Positions 27,467-36,821 of a stretch of 39,256 nt of DNA are shown here, piece by piece. Source of the stretch: Actinomycetota bacterium (GTDB lineage Bacteria > Actinomycetota > Acidimicrobiia > IMCC26256 > VFJJ01); assembly GCA_009886115.1 (NCBI GenBank), contig VFJJ01000191.1, positions 1-39,256 on the forward strand, in the 5' to 3' direction. Made by a program: the position numbers and the translations under genes. The notes beneath the pieces are model-generated. The model searched no databases. It was not told where the DNA came from and saw only the letters and a program-made list of their open reading frames with translations. Position 1 is the stretch's first letter. Every line of letters begins with the position of its first letter.

Positions 27467-27510
27467 GACCGCGGGTCGACTGCGGGTCGACCGCGTGTCG
27501 ACTGCGTTCT
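27467..27510. repeat. Imperfect tandem repeat, 11-bp unit GACYGCG(G/T)GTC x about 4, in the divergent intergenic region
   Basis: gaccgcgggtc gactgcgggtc gaccgcgtgtc gactgcgttct. Confidence 0.8.
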
Positions 27511-27632
27511 CAGCACCCCCGCCGTCACGCCCCGCGGCTCGGTCGTCACCGGTCCGAGATCTCGGGCTGCGAGGCGAGCGTGGCTGTCGGCGAGGCAGCT
27601 ACCGTTCCGTGCCGCTCACCACCGGGGGAACG

Positions 27633-28349
27633 ATGAACTGGCCGGCCAACCGGATGCGCAACGACAACCCGCTCAAGCTCGGCATCTTCTCGCCGAACTG
27701 CTCGGGCGGGATGGCCGTCACGACGGTGCCCGAACGATGGGACCCGAGCTGGGACAACAACGCCGCCCTGGCCGTGATGGCCGACGGCTACGGCATCGAG
27801 TTCCTGCTCCCGATCGCCCGGTGGCGGGGCTACGGCGGTGAGACCAACTTCCAGGGCACGACCCTCGAGACCATGACCTGGTGCGCTGGCCTCCTGGCCC
27901 TCACCAAGGGGATCACCGTCTTCTGCACGGCGCACACGTCGTTCCACCATCCGCTGGTTGCCGCCAAGATGCTCTCCACCGTCGATCAGATCAGCCACGG
28001 GCGGCTCGGGCTCAACGTGGTCTGCGGTTGGAACCAGCCCGAGTACGAGATGATGGGCAAGGACCTCCCCGATTCGCACGACGACCGGTACGACTACGGC
28101 CAGGAGTGGCTCGACGTCATCGAGAAGGTGTGGACCTCCGACGCCGAGTTCGCCGCCGGCCACGGCGTCTACCCGCTCGTCGGCGATCCCGACCACATCG
28201 CGTCCGAGCTGGAACGGGTGCACCGGGCCGGCTTCGACGGCACGACCATCAGCTTCGTCGACTACCTGGCCGAGCTGCCGTACTTCGCCGAGGAGGTCAT
28301 TCCCCGCCTCGAGGCCAAGGGTCTCCGGTCGCCGGTTCCGTCCGCGTAG
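27633..28349 (+). CDS. LLM-class flavin-dependent monooxygenase (SsuD/RutA-like), apparently internally deleted (238 aa)
   Basis: N-terminus KLGIFSPNCSGG, FLLPIARWRGYGG, HPLVAAK..STVDQISHGRLGLNVVCGW; C-terminus GHGVYPLVG.P..E...F.EEVIPRL. The middle segment appears absent. Confidence 0.82.
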   Translation: MNWPANRMRNDNPLKLGIFSPNCSGGMAVTTVPERWDPSWDNNAALAVMADGYGIEFLLPIARWRGYGGETNFQGTTLETMTWCAGLLALTKGITVFCTAHTSFHHPLVAAKMLSTVDQISHGRLGLNVVCGWNQPEYEMMGKDLPDSHDDRYDYGQEWLDVIEKVWTSDAEFAAGHGVYPLVGDPDHIASELERVHRAGFDGTTISFVDYLAELPYFAEEVIPRLEAKGLRSPVPSA

Positions 28350-28396
28350 GCCGCACCGTCCCCCGAGCGCTCGATCATCGAGAGGGAGGGCTGGCG

Positions 28397-29839
28397 ATGC
28401 GGCAGCTCAACGCTCAGGACGACCGTTGGCGCTGCCTCGAGTCGGCGACCACGCCGTTCCAGATCGGGGCGCTCCTGCGCTTCACCGCCGACGCCGACGG
28501 TGCTGGGCGCGGTGTTGGGCGCGGCGCTGAGGGGTTCCACGACGCGGTCACGGCCCACATCGCGGGGCGTATCGCCTCCACCGGGGCGCTCGTGAGGCAT
28601 CAGCCCGCCCCCTTCGGATTCGACGCCGGGCTCTGGCTCGACATCGGGTCGATCGACCTCGCTCGCCATCTTCGGCGTTTCGACACCGTCGAGCCGTTGA
28701 CCCGCGCCCAGGTCCACGTCATGCTCGCCGATGCCGTGATGGAACCGCTCGATCCCCGAGGGGCTCCGGTGCGGATGGTCGTGCTCGATCGCCTCGACGA
28801 CGGTTCGGTGGCGCTCGTGCTCCAGATCCACCACTCGCTGACCGACGGGATCGGCTTCCAGGCCATCGTCGAGGCGCTCACCGACGATGCGCCGTCCGTG
28901 ACTCCCGGTTCCGCTCCCCGTCTGATTCCCGATGCGACGTCCGGTGTGAATCCACGGGCGAGCCGTCTCGACGCCGGTCGTCGTGGCGACGAGCGACCAC
29001 CGATCGCCCCGTGGTGGCTCGCCCGCTCGTCGGCCCGATTCGCCCACGAGGCCTGGGTACGCCGGCGGGGGAGTGCTGATCGGGAGCGCGCTCGCGACGA
29101 GCTGGCCGCGCTTCGATTGGACCCCGCTGCCAAGCGGGCCAGGACACCCGACCTGGGCCCCCTCTCGACGCCCAGCTCCGACCGGCGGTCCTACGACACG
29201 TCGTCGCTTGCGCTCGACGAGGTCCGGGCGGTGGGCCGGGCGCTCGATGGCACCGTCAACGACGTGGTGCTCGCGGTATGTGGCGGCGCGTTGCGCATGC
29301 TGCTGGCCGACGTCGGGCTCCTCGACGCCCTCGGCGATTCGCCTGTGGTGGCAATGGTTCCCCGGAGCCGACGCCGACCCGAGCACGGACCGCTCGGGAA
29401 CCACCTCGGCCTGCTCCTGCCCCATCTGGGTACGCACATCGCCGATCCGTGCGAGCGATTGGGGGCGGTGAAGGCATCCATGCGCGCCGAGATCGCCCGG
29501 GCCGAGATCAACGATCGTCTCGTGCCGCCCGACGACCGTCCCTTCGGTGCCCGACGCCGCCGCACGACCGAGGAACAGGCGACGACGGCGGGGAACGTGT
29601 CGATCTCGAACGTCCCGGGACCGTCCGCACCTCGCTTCCTCGGCGAGTATCGGCTGATCGCCAACCACCCGATGCCGACGCTCCCGGCGACCCAGTTCCT
29701 CAACGTCACGCTTCGGCGCTACGGGAACGCGCTCGACCTCGGGATCATGGTCGACGCGGCCAAGGTCGCCTCGGCCCAGACGATCACGGGCCTGATCGAG
29801 GCGTCGTTCGACGAGCTGGTCGCTTCGGCCCGCCCATGA
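28397..29839 (+). CDS. Wax ester synthase/diacylglycerol acyltransferase (WS/DGAT) family
   Basis: MRQLNAQD, IHHSLTDG (HHxxxDG), GTVNDVVLA, GN, ISNVPGP, LNVT..Y. GGAGG RBS. Confidence 0.88.
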   Translation: MRQLNAQDDRWRCLESATTPFQIGALLRFTADADGAGRGVGRGAEGFHDAVTAHIAGRIASTGALVRHQPAPFGFDAGLWLDIGSIDLARHLRRFDTVEPLTRAQVHVMLADAVMEPLDPRGAPVRMVVLDRLDDGSVALVLQIHHSLTDGIGFQAIVEALTDDAPSVTPGSAPRLIPDATSGVNPRASRLDAGRRGDERPPIAPWWLARSSARFAHEAWVRRRGSADRERARDELAALRLDPAAKRARTPDLGPLSTPSSDRRSYDTSSLALDEVRAVGRALDGTVNDVVLAVCGGALRMLLADVGLLDALGDSPVVAMVPRSRRRPEHGPLGNHLGLLLPHLGTHIADPCERLGAVKASMRAEIARAEINDRLVPPDDRPFGARRRRTTEEQATTAGNVSISNVPGPSAPRFLGEYRLIANHPMPTLPATQFLNVTLRRYGNALDLGIMVDAAKVASAQTITGLIEASFDELVASARP

Positions 29840-29869
29840 GCACGAGACTCACGCAACGAACAAGGAGAC

Positions 29870-31405
29870 GTGATGCAGCCTGGTGACTTCGTCGAGCTCA
29901 GGGGTCATGTGCCCGCGGTGATCATGGCCGAGAGCGGCGCGGTGGTGACCTACGCCGAGCTCGACGAGCGGTCGATGCGCTTGGCGCAGCTGTTGTACCA
30001 GCGCGGGCTGCGGCCGGGCGACCATCTGGCGATCCTGCTCGAGAACCATCCCCGGTACTTGGAGGTCTACTGGGCCGCCCAGCGTGCCGGCCTGTACACC
30101 ACGCCGATCAACTGGCACTTGAAGCCCGAGGAGGCGGCATACATCATCGAAGACTGCGGCGCTGCAGCCTTGGTCACGTCCGTCGCCATGGGCCCGGTGG
30201 TGGCCGGCCTCGGAGGTGCGCTCGACGGGGTCTCGATCCGCTTGGTGGTCGACGGCGAGATCGACGGTTTCGAGCGCTACGAGCAGGCCATCGCCGGCCA
30301 CCCGGCGCAGCCCCTCGCCCACGAGGTCGAGGGCAGCTTCATGTTCTATTCGTCGGGAACGACGGGACGGCCCAAGGGAATCAAGCCACCGCGCTCGAGC
30401 GAGCCGTACGGCTCAGGGGGCGGCATGATCATCGCGCTCATCCAGCATCTGTTCGGGTTCAGCTCCGAGACGGTGTATCTGTGCCCCGCCCCGCTCTATC
30501 ACGCAGCACCGCTCGGGTGGAGCACGGCGGCGCAGCGCCTCGGGGGGACGGTCGTGGTGATGGAACGCTTCGACCCCCGCCTGGCCCTCGAGCTCATTGA
30601 ACGCCACCGCGTGACCCACGCTCAGTTCGTGCCCACGCACTTCGTCCGGATGCTCAAGCTCACCGACGAGGAGCGCACGGCGTACGACCTGTCGAGCCTC
30701 GAGATGGCGGTGCACGCGGCCGCGCCGTGCCCCGTGGAGGTGAAGGATCGGATGATCGAGTGGTGGGGGCCGAGGATCCACGAGTACTACGCGGGCAGTG
30801 AGGGCAACGGGTTCTGCTCCATCGGCCCCGAGCAGTGGCTGGCCCACCGGGGTTCGGTCGGCCCGCCGATGATGGGCGCGCTCCACATCCTCGACGACGA
30901 CGGCCACGAGCTCCCGACGGGGGAGGCCGGACAGATCTGGTTCGAGAGCCCGACGGTGTTCGAGTACCACAACGACCCCGTCAAGACCGCCAAGGCCTTC
31001 AACGAGCACGGCTGGAGCTCGCTCGGCGATATCGGGTACCTCGACGGCGACGGGTATCTGTATCTCACCGACCGGGTGTCGCACATGATCATCTCGGGCG
31101 GGGTGAACATCTACCCGCAGGAGGTCGAGAACCTCCTGACCATGCACCCGGCCGTGGCCGACGTGGCCGTGATCGGGGTTCCCAACGCCGACATGGGCGA
31201 GGAGGTGAAGGCCGTCGTCATCCCGGTCGATCAGGAGCGAGCCGGTGACGAGCTCGCCGCCGAGCTCATCGCCTACTGCCGTGAGCGCATGGCCACCTAC
31301 AAGTGCCCGGCGACCGTCGATTTCGTCGCCGAGCTCCCACGACTGCCGACCGGAAAGCTCCTCAAGCGCGAACTCCGGAGCCGCTACTGGACCGGCCAGA
31401 CCTGA
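29870..31405 (+). CDS. AMP-dependent acyl-CoA synthetase
   Basis: YSSGTTGRPKG, PLYHAAP, EYYAGSE, GDIGYLD, IISGGVNIYPQEVE, LPRLPTGKLLK. Start at 29870 or 29873. Confidence 0.95.
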   Translation: MMQPGDFVELRGHVPAVIMAESGAVVTYAELDERSMRLAQLLYQRGLRPGDHLAILLENHPRYLEVYWAAQRAGLYTTPINWHLKPEEAAYIIEDCGAAALVTSVAMGPVVAGLGGALDGVSIRLVVDGEIDGFERYEQAIAGHPAQPLAHEVEGSFMFYSSGTTGRPKGIKPPRSSEPYGSGGGMIIALIQHLFGFSSETVYLCPAPLYHAAPLGWSTAAQRLGGTVVVMERFDPRLALELIERHRVTHAQFVPTHFVRMLKLTDEERTAYDLSSLEMAVHAAAPCPVEVKDRMIEWWGPRIHEYYAGSEGNGFCSIGPEQWLAHRGSVGPPMMGALHILDDDGHELPTGEAGQIWFESPTVFEYHNDPVKTAKAFNEHGWSSLGDIGYLDGDGYLYLTDRVSHMIISGGVNIYPQEVENLLTMHPAVADVAVIGVPNADMGEEVKAVVIPVDQERAGDELAAELIAYCRERMATYKCPATVDFVAELPRLPTGKLLKRELRSRYWTGQT

Positions 31406-31442
31406 CAAGACCTGACCAGACCTGACCGGACCTGACAAGACC
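31401..31442. repeat. Tandem repeat, 10-bp unit CCTGAC(A/C)(A/G)GA x4, beginning at the ligase stop codon
   Basis: cctgacaaga cctgaccaga cctgaccgga cctgacaaga cc. Confidence 0.9.
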
Positions 31443-31471
31443 GCCCGGATCAGCGGTCGCCCGCAGGGGCG

Positions 31472-32194
31472 TCAGATGAACTCCGCGAACTGGGCTTCGA
31501 CGGCCTTGTGATCGGCGGCGAGACCTCCGGCGACGCCGCTGGCCATGTCGCCGGGATAGGCGTCTTCGACCTCATCGCGCAACGCCGCCAGCAACGCCAC
31601 CGCCGCCTCGGCCGGAGACAGCTTGGGGATGGGCAGATGGGCGGTGAGGCGGGTGTCGACCGCGCCGGGCATGAACGCGCACACGAACGTGCCCTGGGAG
31701 CGCAACTGGGCCCGCAGCGCCTGCGTTACCGAGTACAGCGCGGCCTTCGATGCGCAGTAGGTGGCCATACCCGGATGGTTGATGCGGCTGAGGATCGAGA
31801 GCACGTTCACCATCGCCCCGCCGCCGTTGGCCCCCAGGATCGGGGCGAAGGCCCGGCTGACAGCGAGCGTGCCCAGGTAGTTCACCTCGATCTCGTGCCG
31901 TGCCCACTCGTCGTCGCTGGCACCCATCACGGGTGCGTTGTGGTTCACGCCAGCGTTGTTCACGAGCACGGTCACGTCGGGGCACCGAGCTGCGGCCGCG
32001 GCGATCGTCGCCGGTTCGGTGACGTCGAGATGGACGGGCACCACGTGCTCGGCGGCCAGGGCCACCTCGGCTCCGTCGACGCGGGTGGCCGCATAGACCT
32101 TGGCCGCGCCCGCGTCGACGAACGCACGTGTGGCCGCCTGGCCGATCGATCCGCCGGCGCCGGTGATCAGCACCACAGCTCCGTTGATGTCCAT
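31472..32194 (-). CDS. SDR family oxidoreductase
   Basis: LITGAGGSIG, GAAKVYA, VTVLVNNAG, YCASK, PGAVDT. Start at ATG 32194 after GAGGA. Confidence 0.9.
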   Translation of the reverse strand: MDINGAVVLITGAGGSIGQAATRAFVDAGAAKVYAATRVDGAEVALAAEHVVPVHLDVTEPATIAAAAARCPDVTVLVNNAGVNHNAPVMGASDDEWARHEIEVNYLGTLAVSRAFAPILGANGGGAMVNVLSILSRINHPGMATYCASKAALYSVTQALRAQLRSQGTFVCAFMPGAVDTRLTAHLPIPKLSPAEAAVALLAALRDEVEDAYPGDMASGVAGGLAADHKAVEAQFAEFI

Positions 32195-32453
32195 GCTGTC
32201 CTCTCGTTCTCTCCTCGACACCGCTGCGCTCTTCGGTCGCCGACCGCACGACCGCTCAGGCGCTCCGGCCCTGCTGGCAGTATGACCCAGGCCCATCGGG
32301 GTCCCCTGAACCGCGAACTGGTCACCCGGCGACAGATGACCGCTGCATGCGCCTCGGAGCATTCCCGTAGACGTCGACCGCGTAGTGCATCGTTGCGCGC
32401 TTGTCCCGCCGGCACGACATCGGCCCGTGGCGTGCCAGACGGCACGACTCCGA

Positions 32454-33695
32454 TCAGCCGACGGGCTTGCCCTCGCTCGACGACCAGGCGGCCATGAGCG
32501 TGTTCGACGGCAGGCTCTCGTCGACGAGCTTGCGGGCGGTCTCGATGCCGGCCACCGGGAGCCCCGTCGGATCGAGCACGCCGATCTGCACGAGCACCGA
32601 CGCCTGATCCCAGTAGATGTGCTCGTGGTAGAGCTTCTCGCCCCGGAAGTTCACGATGGCCACGAGCGGGATCTCGACGTAGCGCCCGGTGGGTGCCACG
32701 CCGGGGAGCATCCAGTCGATCTCACTGGTGTGGGTGAAGCAGAAGAGCATCTCGTCGACGAGGCTGGTGGCGCCGACCGTGCGCGACAACGGGATGAGCT
32801 TGGTGTCGGGCGGGTTCGCGTTCACGAAGTGCCACTGGTAGAAGCGCGCGAGCTGCTCGGCGCCCACCCCGCCCGTCATGGTGGGGATGTGGTTCACGTA
32901 GGGCTCGGCGACCATGGTGGCCATGGTGTCGGGGACGTTGCGGGTCGCGAACTCGTGGTAGCAGTGCTGATCCCACAGTGCGACGAGGTCGTATGTCGGG
33001 CCGAGGACGCGCCGGAACAACCCGATCGTGCGCTCGTAGGCGAGCGCAGCGGCCGCCTTGTCGAAATGCTCGCCTTCGTCGCGGGCGAAGGCGTGGTCAC
33101 AGCCGGGATAGGTGTGGAACGAGGCGTTGGTGCTGCCGGCGAAGGCCGCCTGCACGGCATCCCGGGCTTCCTGGGGCGCGAACGAGTCGTGCTCGGCGAA
33201 GTGGAACACGATCGGACAGGTGATCGAAGCCGCCTCGTCGACGTGCGCCTCGAGACCCACGCCGTAGTAGCTCACCGCACACTCGACGTCGGTCCGGGCC
33301 GCGGTGAGCATCGCCAACGTGCCGCCCAGGCAGTAGCCCACGCAGCCCACGCCGCCGGCCTGCCCGGGATCGGCCCGCACGGCGGCCACCGTGGCCGCGA
33401 TGTCGTCGATGCCCCGGTCGACGTCGAACGTTCCGAACAGGCCGAACGCCCGTTGCCACTCCTCGGGGCTGTACCCGAGGTCGATGCCGGGCTCGATGCG
33501 CCAGAAGAGGTCGGGCGCGTACACCACGTAGCCCTCCTCGGCGAGACGGTCGGCCGTACGGCGCACGTACTCGTTGACGCCGAAGATCTCCTGGGCCAGC
33601 ACGATCCCGGGCCCCGACCCGTGGGGGGGACGGGCCACGTAGGCCCGGAAGCTCCCCGAGCCGTCGGTCGCTGCGATCGTGACGCGCTCGCCCAT
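32454..33695 (-). CDS. Dienelactone hydrolase fused to a C-terminal SnoaL/NTF2-like domain
   Basis: QEIFGVN, GYCLGG nucleophile elbow, YPGCDHAF; then HEF.TR....TM.TM..EPYVNHIPT, HEHIYWDQASVL. Start at ATG 33695. Confidence 0.9.
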   Translation of the reverse strand: MGERVTIAATDGSGSFRAYVARPPHGSGPGIVLAQEIFGVNEYVRRTADRLAEEGYVVYAPDLFWRIEPGIDLGYSPEEWQRAFGLFGTFDVDRGIDDIAATVAAVRADPGQAGGVGCVGYCLGGTLAMLTAARTDVECAVSYYGVGLEAHVDEAASITCPIVFHFAEHDSFAPQEARDAVQAAFAGSTNASFHTYPGCDHAFARDEGEHFDKAAAALAYERTIGLFRRVLGPTYDLVALWDQHCYHEFATRNVPDTMATMVAEPYVNHIPTMTGGVGAEQLARFYQWHFVNANPPDTKLIPLSRTVGATSLVDEMLFCFTHTSEIDWMLPGVAPTGRYVEIPLVAIVNFRGEKLYHEHIYWDQASVLVQIGVLDPTGLPVAGIETARKLVDESLPSNTLMAAWSSSEGKPVG

Positions 33696-33842
33696 GTCAG
33701 TTCCCCCTGATCCGGCCCGTCGTCTGGTGGACCGGAGGGACTCTAACAACGGCGATCGGAGCGCCACCCGTCATGAGTGCACACGCGCCAGCACACCTGA
33801 CACCGACCCCGTTGTGGGCCCGATGGTTGCGCTGGCGCGAGT

Positions 33843-34103
33843 TCAGATGAGGTTGCGATCGGCGGTGGAGTAGGCCCGGTAGGCGATCGAGGTGCGGGTG
33901 GAGACGACGCCCTCGAGCGCGGCGAGCTTCTCGGTGACGACCGTGGCGATCGCCTGGTGGTCGCTCACCCCGAGCACGGCGATGAGGTCGGCCTCGCCGG
34001 TGGTGGAGTACACCTCGCGGACCCCGTCGATGTCGGCGATGGCAGCGCCCAGGCTGGCGACCGCCTTGGGCGCGGCATGGACGAACACGAAGGCTGTGAT
34101 CAC
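33843..34103 (-). CDS. Lrp/AsnC ligand-binding-domain-only protein (no HTH)
   Basis: 86 aa; ITAFVFV, IADIDGVREVYSTTGEADLIAV, GVVSTRTSIAYRAYS. TACTGT 7 nt before GTG 34103 (leaderless). Confidence 0.87.
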   Translation of the reverse strand: MITAFVFVHAAPKAVASLGAAIADIDGVREVYSTTGEADLIAVLGVSDHQAIATVVTEKLAALEGVVSTRTSIAYRAYSTADRNLI

Positions 34104-34170
34104 GCCACCCACAGTACCGGTCGTGGCGGTGCGGGCCGTGGGTGGCTCCACATGCGGAGCTCGCTCGTGA

Positions 34171-35793
34171 TCAAGCGTGCGGTGACGAGAACGTCGCGCG
34201 GAGGGCCTGCTTGTTGATCTTGCCCAGGTCGTTGCGGGGGATCGCCTCGACCAGCTCGAGCTGCTCGGGGATCTTCTGGGCGGCCATCCCCAGCTCGCGG
34301 CAGTGGCGGGCGATCTCGGCCAGGGTGAGCACCCGCTCGCCCGGAGCGGGAGCCACCACGGCGCAGCATCGCTCGCCGGTCTTCGGGTCGGGGACCCCGA
34401 TCACGGCGACGTCGGCGATGCCGGGATGGCTGCTGAGCGCGTTCTCGACCTCGAGCGCCGAGATGTTCTCGGCGTTGCGGATGATGATGTCCTTGATCCG
34501 GCCGGTGACGCGCACGTGGCCGGTGGGTTCGATCACCCCGAGGTCGCCGGTGCGGAACAGGCCCCGTTCGTCGAACGCCGCCACGTCGAGCGAGGCGTCG
34601 ACGTAGCCCTGGAAGAGCTGGGGCCCCCGCACTCGCAGCTCACCCTCGACGCCTGCCGGGCAATCGTGCCCGGCGGCGTCGACGACGTGGAGCTCGACGC
34701 CCGCGATCGCCGGACCCTCGGTGCGGGCCAGGAGGTCGTTGTCGTCGGTGGGGTCACAGCACGTGATGGCCGGGCACTCGGTGAGCCCCCACGACGACAT
34801 GGTGCCCAGGCCGCCCAGCTCGCGCCGCACGGCTTCGTGCAGCTCGGGGGAGCGGGGCGCTCCCCCGTTGGGCGCCACCTTGAAGCGGGGCCACAGACGC
34901 TCGGCGCCATGCGCGTGCTGAGCGGCGATGTACGCGTGGAACACGAGCACGTTGCCGACGATCACCGTCGCGTCGTGCTCAGCGGCGAGCGCCGGTGTGA
35001 GAACGGGATCGAACGCCTCCACCAGCACCTGCCGGAACCCCGTGGAGAGCTGGGCGGTGAGCATCATGATCCCGGCGATGTGCGCCGCCGGGATGGGCAC
35101 GACGAGCACGTCGGTGTCGTCGTACCAGCCCGTCGTGAGGTACGAACGGGCGCTGGCCATGGCCGAACGGTCGACGTGACGCACACCCTTGGGCTCGGCG
35201 GTCGTGCCCGAGGTGTAGAAGATCCACCGGGTCGGGTCGGGGCCGTCGCTCGGGCCACCTGTCTGCAGCGGACCGTGAGCGCCCGGTGGCGCCCGGAACG
35301 GCGCGAGCACCGCGGGATCGGCGGTGGGCAGTGACAGCCCGAACCGGGAGTCGTGGGAGGCGAGGGAGTCGTCGAGGACGAGGACCGCGCAGCCCACATC
35401 GTCGGACACGTCGCGGGCCAGCGCAGCATGGTCGAAGCCTCGGAACTCCGACGGGACGATGAAGAGCTCGCAGCGGGTCTGGCCCACGATGAACGAGACC
35501 TCGCGACGCCGCAGGATGGGCACGATCGGGTTCTGCACCGCCCCGAGCCGGGCCAGCGCGCCCATGGTCACGAAGGCCTCGATGGTCGTGGGGAGCTGCC
35601 AGCTCACCCGGGACCCCTCCCCGATGCCCATGCCGTGCAACGCTGCGGCGACGGCCTCGGCCGCTTCGCCGAACTCGCTGAATGTGAGCGAGCGGCCGCG
35701 GGCGTCGACGAGCATGACGACATCGGGGGTTGCGGCCACGCGCCGGAGGACGAGCTCCCACAGCGTGGGCGGGACTTCGAGCGCCGGGTTCAT
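34171..35793 (-). CDS. AMP-binding acyl-CoA ligase (cyclohexanecarboxylate-CoA ligase/FadK-like)
   Basis: FYTSGTTAEPKG, WGLTE, FRTGDLG, GRIKDIIIRNAENI, PRNDLGKINK. GGAGG before ATG 35793. Confidence 0.92.
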   Translation of the reverse strand: MNPALEVPPTLWELVLRRVAATPDVVMLVDARGRSLTFSEFGEAAEAVAAALHGMGIGEGSRVSWQLPTTIEAFVTMGALARLGAVQNPIVPILRRREVSFIVGQTRCELFIVPSEFRGFDHAALARDVSDDVGCAVLVLDDSLASHDSRFGLSLPTADPAVLAPFRAPPGAHGPLQTGGPSDGPDPTRWIFYTSGTTAEPKGVRHVDRSAMASARSYLTTGWYDDTDVLVVPIPAAHIAGIMMLTAQLSTGFRQVLVEAFDPVLTPALAAEHDATVIVGNVLVFHAYIAAQHAHGAERLWPRFKVAPNGGAPRSPELHEAVRRELGGLGTMSSWGLTECPAITCCDPTDDNDLLARTEGPAIAGVELHVVDAAGHDCPAGVEGELRVRGPQLFQGYVDASLDVAAFDERGLFRTGDLGVIEPTGHVRVTGRIKDIIIRNAENISALEVENALSSHPGIADVAVIGVPDPKTGERCCAVVAPAPGERVLTLAEIARHCRELGMAAQKIPEQLELVEAIPRNDLGKINKQALRATFSSPHA

Positions 35794-35954
35794 CGACAGG
35801 CCTCCGCTGGTGGTCGGTGGATTCGGTGGTATCGCCGGCTTCGAGGGGTGCTGGTGCGAACGGTTGCGAGAGTGCAAGGACCGAGCGCCCGGATCGCCTT
35901 GCGCAGCAATGGTCTCAGGTCCGAGCATAGGTGCCGATCCGAGCCTGGAGCCAG

Positions 35955-36692
35955 ATGGAAGACCACCGACGCGTCGCGCTCGTGACCGGCGCCAACAAGG
36001 GGATCGGCTATGAGGTCGCCTCCGCGCTCGGCCGTCTCGGATACGTCACGTTGCTGGGCGCTCGCGACCCTGAGCGGGGCCGGGGCGCCGTCGCGAAGCT
36101 CGTCGACGACGCGGGTGTCGACGCCCGGTTCGTACACCTCGACGTGACCGACCCCGACACCGTCGGGGCTGCCGCGACCGAGATCGACGACGAGTTCGGG
36201 CGGCTTGACGTGTTGGTGAGCAACGCTGCGATCAAGCTCGAGTTCCATCCGGCCCCACCCACGACGACCACGCTCGATCTCGTGCGTCAGACCTACGAGA
36301 CCAACGTCTTCGGGACGATCACGGTCCTCCAGGCCATGGTGCCACTGGTGCTGCGCTCGTCGGCCGGTCGGATCGTCATGGTCTCGAGCGGCCTGGGCTC
36401 GGCGGGGATGGCCGCCGATCCGGCCAGTCTCTACTCGCGCCATCCGATGCTCGGGTACAACACGTCCAAGGCCGCGGTGAACTCGATCTCGCTCCAGTTC
36501 GCCAACGAGCTGCGGACGACGCAGGTGAAGGTGAACGTCGTCGACCCCGGGTTCACGAGCACCGACATGACCGGCAATCAGGGCCGGCGGACCGCCGCCC
36601 GAGCCGCCGCCGTCGTCGTGAAGTACGCGACCCTGCCCGACGACGGGCCGACCGGCGGGTACTTCGACGAACGGGGCGCCGTCGCCTGGTGA
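35955..36692 (+). CDS. SDR family oxidoreductase (carbonyl-reductase-like)
   Basis: VTGANKGIG, LGARD..RG, YETNVFG, YNTSK, DPGFTSTD, DDGPTGGYF. Confidence 0.92.
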   Translation: MEDHRRVALVTGANKGIGYEVASALGRLGYVTLLGARDPERGRGAVAKLVDDAGVDARFVHLDVTDPDTVGAAATEIDDEFGRLDVLVSNAAIKLEFHPAPPTTTTLDLVRQTYETNVFGTITVLQAMVPLVLRSSAGRIVMVSSGLGSAGMAADPASLYSRHPMLGYNTSKAAVNSISLQFANELRTTQVKVNVVDPGFTSTDMTGNQGRRTAARAAAVVVKYATLPDDGPTGGYFDERGAVAW

Positions 36693-36821
36693 GAGCCGTT
36701 TGCGATCAGCAGCCGCCCGAGAGCGCCTCGCTAATGTGGCGAGGGTGTCGCAGCCCGACGCCGACGCCGCCGGGTCACGGGGAGCGAGGAACGGGTCCGT
36801 CCGGGGCCGAGGAGGACTCGC

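Noticed and set aside
32195..32453. Longer intergenic regions (also 27308-27632) as riboswitch or ncRNA
   Set aside because: No recognisable aptamer, tRNA or sRNA signature by eye; an Infernal/Rfam scan would be needed to exclude one.
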